DNA of 27,065 nucleotides from Veleropilina oligotropha (Eukaryota): NCBI GenBank assembly GCA_048128005.1, contig JBEUKZ010000126.1, positions 186,001 to 213,065 of the forward strand, read 5' to 3'. Shown piece by piece: positions 13,801 to 22,258 of this stretch (position 1 is its first letter; each line of letters starts with the position of its first letter). The notes under the pieces were generated by a model. It saw only the letters and a program-made list of their open reading frames with translations, ran no database searches and was not told where the DNA came from. The position numbers and the translations under genes were made by a program.

Positions 13801-14770
13801 CGCTACTATACGTCTATATGGTTTAATTGCATATGATGAAGTTATCGGCATAAGACAGCTATGATGCTCTATTCACCCATGCATACCTTTCACATACACA
13901 GATGAACTACGGTTGTGATACTGCCTTTCGATATTATGCTCTCGTCTGATCAATATTAATGCCATAACTTAAAATTGGTCTAAGACTATAGCTCTTTCCT
14001 TCCATTTCGACCGGTGGTGGATTTCTTAGCTTTCTCTTTTTGTTTGATGAGCCTTATTTGATGTCCTAGAAGGTGATGCAGACTGGTTCCAATTCTCCAT
14101 CAGGGACTTGCTAAGTATAACGAGTGGCGTCAAAATGTTGGGTATATAGGCCTACGTGATTAATATAGCCCTATGGCACAACATTTGTCATAATTGAATG
14201 CACATTGCATTTCCTATTGCAATCGACACGATTTTGTCAAGTTAAGCATATTAATGATTTTCTTAAATAAATGTGGCCATATACAAGTATTATATTATTT
14301 ACGATTATTATATTTTTAATTTGTGACGTATCGTCCAAGAACTGTGATTTGCTGTAATGTTATCGGAACCTCGATTTAAAGTCTCCGTTCGAACCACGGG
14401 TAAAGAGTTTTAAAGAAGCGCCGGTCACGAGAATTGAATTCGCGCTAGTATTCTTATTTGTTGGGGTCAGTTTTCTGTTGCTATATTTGCATGGTCGGCT
14501 TTAATAGAGCGCACATACCCGTATGGAGCCCTTTCGTTCTCCATGTAATACAAAGTGGTTCCTCTTTTTGATTTTATGTTGCTTCTGAAATTCATTTTCA
14601 GTAATCAGATTTTTCCAGTGGTGTCGAATCTCTCTCCAGCTCACAGGCTCAGCTGTGGTCCGAATCCACGTTTGGGAACGGTTTGTCCGGCTTCGTATTC
14701 TGCTCCTTCTTTCTCCACCCTTTTATGGTCAGCAGCTGGATGTGTTTTGCATGGGGCTTTTTAAGTATAT

Positions 14771-14830
14771 GTTAGATGGCAGATTGTAGCGTCTTATTTT
14801 TTTATAAGAGGCAACAATCTGCCTTCTAAC
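14771..14830. repeat. 27-bp-arm hairpin at the putative viral terminus
   Basis: GTTAGATGGCAGATTGTAGCGTCTTAT - T-run loop - ATAAGAGGCAACAATCTGCCTTCTAAC, with 3 mismatches. Confidence 0.85.
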
Positions 14831-14876
14831 CGACTTAGAAGCTCCATTTCATTTCTCCCCACAAAATAATTCATAT

Positions 14877-15242
14877 AGCAGCAGGGGGGGTGACCATACC
14901 TTTTATCTGGGGGCGCGGCGAGGGAAATTAAGGCTCCCAGCACCTTTTCAGAATTAATATGGATCTCAACTCAGCAGCAGGGGGGGTGAATGCACTTTTT
15001 AGAATGGGAAAATAAGGCTCCCAGCACTATTTCAGAACTGAGCTGGTATTACTGTGGGGGACTAGGGGGTGTAGACTATGGGTGGGGCCCGGGGGTGGGG
15101 GCTCCCAGCACCTGTTCAGACCCGAGGGGTAGGGATTGTATTACAAAAAGTTACCGTGTGTACAAACTAGGGTAGCTTAGAATAGTCAGCAGGGAGGGTG
15201 ACCATACCTTTTAGAATGGAAAAAATAAGGCTCCCAGCACCC
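14877..15242 (+). repeat. Diverged G-rich tandem repeats of the putative terminal region
   Basis: GGCTCCCAGCAC at 14932, 15016, 15100 and 15229. CAGCAGGG(G/A)GGGTGA three times. Confidence 0.85.
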
Positions 15243-16083
15243 ATTCCGACCAACGTAAACTATATAGAGCCCCAGGGATGTTCCCTGGGGTTAAATTATA
15301 ACACTTACCTATGCTCGCCTGGCTCCTGTATGTTAATAGCTGTAACGTTATACCAGGAAGTATTGTTTGCGGTTATGAATGGACGGCAATAGCAGTTTAT
15401 TGCCACATTCCCACATATAACTTCTGACGAATCTCTGTTCATTCTAGAAGCTTTCCACGTACACATTCCCATATATAACTTGTTGACGATCTGTGATTAT
15501 TCTAGAAACTCATTGCCACGTGACGAATGACTCGACAGGATTACTGTCCACCATGTAAACACGGGGACCGATTTTTATTTTCTGTGCCAAACAGAATCTT
15601 GGGGACCAAGATTTTTTAACTGTGCCAGTAGGTTTTTTTTTCTTTTTCACCAACAGCTAAATACCTATACGACAGCTTGCGACTTCTTTGCTATGAGAAA
15701 TGCGTTAGACAAAATCTAGGTCAGCCAGCTTGAGATAGCAGCGAGAGAACAATGGAACGGTAGGCGCGACCAGATATTTGTAAAGACATGGCTTGATAGG
15801 CCAAGCGTTTATATTTACCCACTGAGAAATCCACTAGGCGTCTATTGTTTCATGGTTTTAAGTAATTGAGGCTGTACTGGATAGTCAACAATGGACAGCC
15901 GGCAGGCTGTATTAATACTACACGTGACCTGAAGCGTATGCGATTCGCCTAATCCAACAATAACTTATTGATGCGAGGTATTTCATTCATAAATCGGACA
16001 AAGGTCGCTCTCGTCGACCTGGAAAATATTTATATAAACAGCTGTGACATATTGTAAGGCAAGAGATTTCCTAAGCAGCTGTT

Positions 16084-16515
16084 TTATATGAATATATAGT
16101 TGCCCGATATTAAAGTACAATTACAGGGTGAGATGTGTCCGACTTTTCTCCACATACCGAAGCAGCCAGACAGCATGGTGTAATACTCCCCATTTTTGCC
16201 AGGACATAACGAGGGGGTCGAACACTGGACACATGTGACAGTATCTCGGGGTGTGGCAGGGCTACAGTCATTTTCTCCGATAATAAAATAGTGGCACGAC
16301 GGTGGGGAGACATCAGGGGTGGGGTCTCTACCCGGGCGAAGAAGCAAGTTTCTACGTAAGGGGTCAAATCGGGCGTTATACCTGGGATGATTTCGGTACC
16401 TTGCCCACGTATGTTCCAGAATTAATGCAGTGTTGTGTGTCGACGCCTGGGTAGAAACACCCCCTAGCCAGCACACCGCGACAATGCACAGTAGCATAGA
16501 TTTCATGGATTTCAT
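16084..16515 (-). CDS. Secreted cysteine-rich protein, possibly IL-17/PTTH-like cystine knot
   Basis: Signal-peptide-like N-terminus, ACCATG context, upstream TATTAAAG. Eight Cys in the mature region, ending in CxC. Confidence 0.65.
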   Translation of the reverse strand: MKSMKSMLLCIVAVCWLGGVSTQASTHNTALILEHTWARYRNHPRYNARFDPLRRNLLLRPGRDPTPDVSPPSCHYFIIGENDCSPATPRDTVTCVQCSTPSLCPGKNGEYYTMLSGCFGMWRKVGHISPCNCTLISGNYIFI

Positions 16516-16597
16516 GGTTGTCCAGATATCACTGTCGATTTCTAGCTTTAATACGGGGGAGGAGCGGGGTAGTCGTGGCTACGCTCAACCTGGATAG

Positions 16598-17230
16598 TTA
16601 GTCGCCAGCTCCGATTTTTTTCAGCAGCTCTGCGCGACCCTCTAAACGACCTCGCTCAATAAGCTCGCTTTGGGTCTGTGAAATCGCGGTGTGCGCCTTC
16701 CTACTCTTATCCCGGATTGATGCCTTCATGGCTTGGTATTTCTCCATCTCCCCTGTGACCAGTTGGAATTCATCATCAGACATCACCCCATCTGATAAGG
16801 CCTTTGAGACGTGGTCGGTTATGGTATTCAGCTTGCTGTCGGCCAGGACTCGAATCTCGTCGTGTTTCTTAGCCTTCACCCTGAGGCGCCGGCTGATATA
16901 TTTCCCACCCATACTGGCGAGCCCACACCCTAATGCCGCTAATTCCAGCACTAGGACGACCGGGGCGGCTACGATCGTGGAAAGTAGACCAATTCCAGCG
17001 CTACCCATACCAAGTGTGGCGACGACTAGTCCGTTATCTATACCGTCAACGACGTTAACACCTCGTCGGTACTTTTTATATAGTGCAGCCCGGGCATCCC
17101 GTTCTCGCTCTAGCTGTCCCTGAAGCTCATTCACTTTCTGTAGTCGGAAAGACTGTGCCTCATGCAGTTCCGAAGGCACATCGCCACCAAGCTGTGGGTA
17201 CAGCGTTGGCGCTGAGGGCTTGTTGTTCAT
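16598..17230 (-). CDS. Conserved Polinton/adintovirus-type membrane protein (possibly the 'GasderminX' class)
   Basis: Coiled coil, long Gly/Ala-rich hydrophobic hairpin, then KAKKHDEIRVLADSKLNTI...KAL.DG..SD.EF. I recall this motif from such elements; the family name is tentative. Confidence 0.7.
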   Translation of the reverse strand: MNNKPSAPTLYPQLGGDVPSELHEAQSFRLQKVNELQGQLERERDARAALYKKYRRGVNVVDGIDNGLVVATLGMGSAGIGLLSTIVAAPVVLVLELAALGCGLASMGGKYISRRLRVKAKKHDEIRVLADSKLNTITDHVSKALSDGVMSDDEFQLVTGEMEKYQAMKASIRDKSRKAHTAISQTQSELIERGRLEGRAELLKKIGAGD

Positions 17231-17589
17231 TGTTCGTGGCTGTATTGTTCAGCCTGTTGATTCCGAATGTCTACCGTTACGGAAACGTTCAAATACATCG
17301 TGCCAACCCACGGGGCCTTGACGACGAAGGCGAGGGTCAGCCTGTCCGAATTCAGGCCAAGCGTACTTATGGAACATGCTTTGGGGCCCCCGGCGGGCTG
17401 GACCGGCGTCATGTGAATCATTAGGAGGGCTGGGTTCAACCCAAACCGGCCTCCATTATTGGGAAGAAGGAACTCCCTCTTCGCCAGTCCCTTCTTCTTG
17501 GGTGCTTCTCCACAATTAAGAACAAAGTGCCACCGGGTCGGGGAAGAGGGCTCATCTGCCCGCAGGGTCCCATAGATGCTGCTGCTCAT
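17227..17589 (-). CDS. Viral hypothetical protein, 120 aa, beta-rich
   Basis: Exactly fills the gap between its neighbours, with ATGA overlaps at both ends. Confidence 0.7.
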   Translation of the reverse strand: MSSSIYGTLRADEPSSPTRWHFVLNCGEAPKKKGLAKREFLLPNNGGRFGLNPALLMIHMTPVQPAGGPKACSISTLGLNSDRLTLAFVVKAPWVGTMYLNVSVTVDIRNQQAEQYSHEQ

Positions 17590-18326
17590 TGTATCGCAAG
17601 GACTGCGGTAATGGGCATGCCGTGATTGTCGATCGGGTTACTGTCTGCATCTGTGACGTACACCTTCAACTCTGTGATTAGCCCGGCCTGTAGTCGCCGG
17701 CCGGCGGGATAGCTATGATAGTGGCCAGCTTCACCGAACATCTGCGACGTGATAGGGACCACCGCGAGAATAGTGCTCGGGGCGCCGTCCTTCACATTGT
17801 GCGTTGTACTAAGCTGCTCCAGGTGGACGTGCAGGGTTGGCGCTATGGCAAACCCGACAGGCTTATTCCCGTCATAAGTCCCAGTGCGTAGCCACTCGGA
17901 TCTCTCCGGAGGGGGAGGTGGTTGGCCCTGTACTCCCCGAACCGATGGGTTCAGATTCCCTGCTTTATCGAGAATAAACGAAGACAGGTTTAAGCCGAGG
18001 AGTTTTCGTATATCGTCGCTTATCGCGAGTCGAGTCCCCTCTGGGACCACGATTCGGGCGAGCCCTGTAGCATGGCTTACATCCAGCTGTAGGTTCTTTA
18101 GCGACCTCTTCATCGTCTTGGCGAGGTCATCGAAGCTGTAGAAACCTGGTGTCACGTCGACCGTGGCATCCGGGGTCTTAAAGAAGGCTCCGGCATGCAC
18201 ATTATGCCAGCCTACCCAATAGTCGAGCGACTGCAAGCTGACACATAGCTTGCCGTCCCGGTTATCAATCGGCTCCAGGAGGGCAACCGCGGTCCCCTCT
18301 TGAACGTTTGTTAATGTGTGGAACAT
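17586..18326 (-). CDS. Minor capsid protein (penton, single jelly-roll)
   Basis: Polinton penton-like motifs W.NV, PG.YS..DL, KLLG, S.ILAVVPI, and C-terminal I.ELKVYVTD.D..PID.HG....VL.I. Confidence 0.82.
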   Translation of the reverse strand: MFHTLTNVQEGTAVALLEPIDNRDGKLCVSLQSLDYWVGWHNVHAGAFFKTPDATVDVTPGFYSFDDLAKTMKRSLKNLQLDVSHATGLARIVVPEGTRLAISDDIRKLLGLNLSSFILDKAGNLNPSVRGVQGQPPPPPERSEWLRTGTYDGNKPVGFAIAPTLHVHLEQLSTTHNVKDGAPSTILAVVPITSQMFGEAGHYHSYPAGRRLQAGLITELKVYVTDADSNPIDNHGMPITAVLAIQ

Positions 18327-18333
18327 AGTAGCT

Positions 18334-19614
18334 ATGGCTAAGAGCGCCTTTGCGTTTAATAGGAGTGCTGCCTATCCGACCGGTGTGGTGTACCCAGCAA
18401 AGATCAAAGATGAGCAGCTTACGAGACCAAGCATCAATGTGGGTAATGGCTCAACCACGACATTCGGGGCAACATACCCCGACGTCTTTCAGAAATACCG
18501 CCTCCCTCACGTCGCTAGTGACGGGCTGATAAGGGCCTGGCAGACCACGCCGATGCGGTTCTGGCAGAACAAAGTCAATTTCGCAGTTTGGTGTGCCACA
18601 ACAGGTTCCGGTATCTCCTCAGAAGACCACTTGAATGCTACTGCAGCCCCCCTCTCCACTGCTGTATTCACCTTCCACGTCTACTATCAGGTCAGAAGGA
18701 TCTTGACCGAGATTCAGGCGCCGCTGCCACAAGACAGGACGTGGGACGCATTCGACACTCCGTATGATCGAAGGGCATATGAGAAGATCTGCAGCGAGTT
18801 TGGAGTGTCCCCACATACCGACTGGCATGTCAAGGGTCCCAATAAAGGGCTCGGCACTGCCTACAACTACTGGACGAACAACGGATACCACTCCATCGGA
18901 AAGGATTACGATCCCAGCTGGATGTCCTTCGCCAAAACGAAGGACCTACATGTGGACTATATAGCACAGGATGCAGGCACTTCGTGGGCTACTTTTATTC
19001 TGGACAAGTTGGTGGGATTCACCCAGGCCGGCGTGGAGAGGCTCAATGATTCCATTAGGACCTATGTCTGGGCGATTCTTGGAGCGCAGGCTCAGACACG
19101 CACAAGTATTCTGGGGAGTGGTACCGCATTCGACGCGCAAAAGCAATTTCTGTCAAACGTCGAAGACGCAATCGCATCGCCAGTGGACCTCCCTGCAGCC
19201 ATCAAACGGTACCAGGACGTTTTGCAGTATGCCAGGTCTAAAGTAGACTTCGTATTCGGCGTCGGCCTTTACATGGCGCCAAGTGACATGCTCCTTCGGG
19301 TAGGGCATGTGGCTGGGTATAACAACGAAATCGTCGTTGCCACGGAAGCCCAGACCCTAGGTCTTAATACTACGGTGAACGCGGCCAATCCTGTGCCGCT
19401 CAACGCCACTGGGGAGACTGGAGAAACAGGATTGGTCATCCCACAAGACGCCGTCTTACCCGCAGATGCGGTCACTCCGAAGCATCGTGGCTCTCTGCCG
19501 GCTGTGGCCCCAGTGGCAGCTGTTTCAGCTGGGGCAACCAAACATGACGAGGATAAAACCGCACTTATCGTGGGCGGCATTGTCGTTGGCCTAGCGTTCA
19601 TTTGGCTTACGTGA
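18334..19614 (+). CDS. Viral hypothetical protein with C-terminal TM anchor (426 aa from first ATG)
   Basis: Long intact ORF. First ATG is at 18334 (the track start 18316 is GTG). Globular N-terminal region, Ala/Pro-rich linker, terminal ALIVGGIVVGLAFIWL. Confidence 0.8.
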   Translation: MAKSAFAFNRSAAYPTGVVYPAKIKDEQLTRPSINVGNGSTTTFGATYPDVFQKYRLPHVASDGLIRAWQTTPMRFWQNKVNFAVWCATTGSGISSEDHLNATAAPLSTAVFTFHVYYQVRRILTEIQAPLPQDRTWDAFDTPYDRRAYEKICSEFGVSPHTDWHVKGPNKGLGTAYNYWTNNGYHSIGKDYDPSWMSFAKTKDLHVDYIAQDAGTSWATFILDKLVGFTQAGVERLNDSIRTYVWAILGAQAQTRTSILGSGTAFDAQKQFLSNVEDAIASPVDLPAAIKRYQDVLQYARSKVDFVFGVGLYMAPSDMLLRVGHVAGYNNEIVVATEAQTLGLNTTVNAANPVPLNATGETGETGLVIPQDAVLPADAVTPKHRGSLPAVAPVAAVSAGATKHDEDKTALIVGGIVVGLAFIWLT

Positions 19615-20920
19615 CCCACTGTCTAGCGGCAATAAGAAGCAAGCCCCCAACTGATATGACCAGTGCCCATAGGTTTTCAGCGAGCCACGATGCTGTCTTG
19701 CCAATCAGGTTGATTAGCCAGGAGACCAGGCTTCCAAGTATTCCTGGGAGCGCGGCTGCGGCCTTCCCTGCTAGTTTGCCTAGAATCCTTCCCAGGTTCT
19801 GCAGCTGCTTTTTGACCCACTCCTTGACCCCGCCCTGACCACTGGGAGGTGGTGGTGTTGGTGGTATGCTCGGCGCTCCACCTGTCAGGGCTAGTACCAA
19901 AGTCGAGATGGCGAGCCCGATAGCGGTCAGTATTGTTGCGATCGTAACCCCTTGCTCGCGGAACAGGGTCCGGATACGCTCGGCCAGCGTTGTGTCGGTG
20001 TTCAGGATCCGACTTATCATCTCTCGGATCCGGCTGATTTGAGAGCGAAGGGCCTCCCGGCTTGATGATGCTGCCTCTAGGCGAGCTGCTCTTTCATCAT
20101 TCAGGTCGCGCAGACGTTCCGCGATCCGTCGACGGATGAACTCATCCACACCGCCCTCTTCATCTGCCTGATCGAGCTTCATCTTCTCCAGCTCTATGTG
20201 TTCGTCCAGCGCCGTTAGTTTGGCTAGATTGTTGGTTAGTTCGCCTCGGATGGTCTGCATCGCCTTGTCAAGTCCGCGAAGCTCGCGAAGATTTAATGGA
20301 GGGTCCCCCATTGTGCCTAAGATCTCTTCAACCTCGGTATCAGTGAATTTCGTCTCCATCGTGTGGATTGCTACCGAGGCATCAGTAGCAGTCTGCCCCA
20401 AGTCCCGCAGTTCTACGTTTTCGACATTAGCGGCCGCACCGCTCAACTCGTTGTCGGCTGTCTGAAGAGCTGCAACCGCTTTTGAGGACGGCTTTTGTCC
20501 CCCCCGCGTCCAGTGTACAAAACCCAACCCTTCACGGATTGCATCACCCCCACCAGGCCGGCCAGCTATTGTTGACAACGCCAAGGGGTTGCCGGTGCGA
20601 GAATTTATGAGATTGATGTCGGGGTAGTCCGTCATCACCAATTTCCCCCCCCTCCCTAATTTTCCCCTCACATACTTGAATTTTGAATAATCTCGCCCCG
20701 TGGCTGGGGTCTGCCCCTCCTGTGCCAGGGCTTTGTAGTAGTCGTCAACCACGCCCTGAACGAGCTCTTGCTGAAGACTGCTGGTTCCTTCCTGTGGCCG
20801 TTCCGAAAGAACAGGCATAAACCGGTCGGTGGATAGATCCACATCAGTATCGTCGATGATGGTATCATCGTTGTCGATGAGATCGTCCGGCTCGAATGCG
20901 GGGTTCTCGAATTCCGCCAT
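19607..20920 (-). CDS. Viral coiled-coil protein with C-terminal hydrophobic/amphipathic helices
   Basis: 437 aa intact ORF: acidic N-terminus, long coiled coil, TM segment, poly-Pro hinge, amphipathic helix, further hydrophobic segments. Confidence 0.85.
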   Translation of the reverse strand: MAEFENPAFEPDDLIDNDDTIIDDTDVDLSTDRFMPVLSERPQEGTSSLQQELVQGVVDDYYKALAQEGQTPATGRDYSKFKYVRGKLGRGGKLVMTDYPDINLINSRTGNPLALSTIAGRPGGGDAIREGLGFVHWTRGGQKPSSKAVAALQTADNELSGAAANVENVELRDLGQTATDASVAIHTMETKFTDTEVEEILGTMGDPPLNLRELRGLDKAMQTIRGELTNNLAKLTALDEHIELEKMKLDQADEEGGVDEFIRRRIAERLRDLNDERAARLEAASSSREALRSQISRIREMISRILNTDTTLAERIRTLFREQGVTIATILTAIGLAISTLVLALTGGAPSIPPTPPPPSGQGGVKEWVKKQLQNLGRILGKLAGKAAAALPGILGSLVSWLINLIGKTASWLAENLWALVISVGGLLLIAARQWVT

Positions 20921-20956
20921 TTGAATACATCAGTGGGATACGCATCTAATTCAGCC

Positions 20957-22258
20957 ATGACTAGCGTATACGGACGCAAGCTTAATCCATACCGCAGGCT
21001 GCGTGAGCCCCTCGCAGTCAAGGGCATCCGCCAGTCGGTCACGATTACAAACAATCCATCAACGATTGCCCCGAACCAGCAGCTCCTGGTTCGGTTCCCT
21101 AATCTCGGGGCGAATGACGTGATCGTTCCAGGGACTGCCCACCTTGCATTTACCATCTCACTGACCTCGGTAAATGCGAATAGGACTGTAGTGCAAAATA
21201 TCGGCCGTGCCGTGATCAGAAAGACCACGATAAAGATAAGTGGAAACGAGATCATGTCGATTGACGACTCCGACGTGTACCACTGCTACTGCGATCTCTG
21301 GAAGACCACCGGGGAGCGCAAGAACGCCCAGTACCAGGGGATTGATACCAGCGATGGGCACAACACTACGAAGCATCGTGTTGGTGCGGCAGACGCCTTT
21401 AGACTGTCTGAGGATGTCGCGGTCGCGGCAGCGTACGGTAACCGATTCCGCATCCCGCTGGATTTCGAGCTGTTGGAAAGTCACATGCCATTCTATCAAA
21501 GCGCCCTTGGAGACCGTCTCGAGTATGAGCTAACGTTCAACGACTACTCCCGGACTATCCGGGAGACGGACGACTCCGGTTCCAGCTATTCCATCGACAA
21601 TATATCCCTCGAATATGACATGGTAACCCAATCCGAGCTTGCCAGACGGATTCGAAATCAATACCAGGGTCAACTCGTAATCCTGTACGACCGTGTTCTC
21701 CGGCATCGGAAGCTCACCCTAGACAAGAGCGACTCGTTGTGGAATATGAATGTGAACGTACCGGCGAGGTCGATGAAAGGAATACTACTGTTGTTCGAGG
21801 ACCCTGCGAGAGACGCCGCGCCATTCTCTCGCGATACTGAGGCCTTCTATAATCCGAAGATCACAAAGGTCGAGGTCACAATCGAGGGTGTCCCGAATCA
21901 AATCTACAGCCAGGGCATGCGAACATACCAGATCTGGGAAGAAGCCAAGAAAATGTTCGCCTCCGGCTGCAGCAAGCGGCATCCTGAGGTCGCGATGGTC
22001 GCAAAGGACTTGGAGATGGCAGACGTCACCCTGGGCGAATTTCTGACTAAGAAATTTGCGCTCTGGATCGATATGCGGGTAACTGACGACGATCAGTTGC
22101 ACGGGTCAGGCCGGAGGGTCGAGAACGCCAGCGAAGGCATTACTATTCAGATCACTAAAACAGCCGAAGCGGCCGGTCCACTGAACGTCTACGAGTTCGT
22201 GATCATGGACGCACAGCTGAATATCGAGAATGGCCGATTCGTCGAAGCACTGTACTAA
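20957..22258 (+). CDS. Probable major capsid protein (double jelly-roll), 433 aa from first ATG
   Basis: Size, alternating beta-strand patterns (LLVRFP, TIKISGNEI, F.IPLDF, LEYELTF, ISLEYD, KVEVTIEGVP) and position directly upstream of the packaging ATPase. ATG at 20957 (the track start is TTG). Confidence 0.75.
   Translation: MTSVYGRKLNPYRRLREPLAVKGIRQSVTITNNPSTIAPNQQLLVRFPNLGANDVIVPGTAHLAFTISLTSVNANRTVVQNIGRAVIRKTTIKISGNEIMSIDDSDVYHCYCDLWKTTGERKNAQYQGIDTSDGHNTTKHRVGAADAFRLSEDVAVAAAYGNRFRIPLDFELLESHMPFYQSALGDRLEYELTFNDYSRTIRETDDSGSSYSIDNISLEYDMVTQSELARRIRNQYQGQLVILYDRVLRHRKLTLDKSDSLWNMNVNVPARSMKGILLLFEDPARDAAPFSRDTEAFYNPKITKVEVTIEGVPNQIYSQGMRTYQIWEEAKKMFASGCSKRHPEVAMVAKDLEMADVTLGEFLTKKFALWIDMRVTDDDQLHGSGRRVENASEGITIQITKTAEAAGPLNVYEFVIMDAQLNIENGRFVEALY

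Noticed and set aside
14480..14760. Coding-looking minus-strand segment next to the viral boundary
   Set aside because: Stops in all frames and no recognisable protein family.
14877..15242. CRISPR-like repeat/spacer array
   Set aside because: The repeats are only 12 bp, the intervening sequences are related to each other, there are no cas genes, and the context is eukaryotic.
15693..15865. Short plus-strand frame in the viral end region
   Set aside because: Interrupted by a stop after 8 codons, with no motif; it cannot be supported as a gene or pseudogene.
20668..21255. 195-aa antisense ORF across the MCP start
   Set aside because: Non-ATG start, no motifs, and overlap with two better-supported genes. 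Only its internal ATG is noted as a possible uORF.
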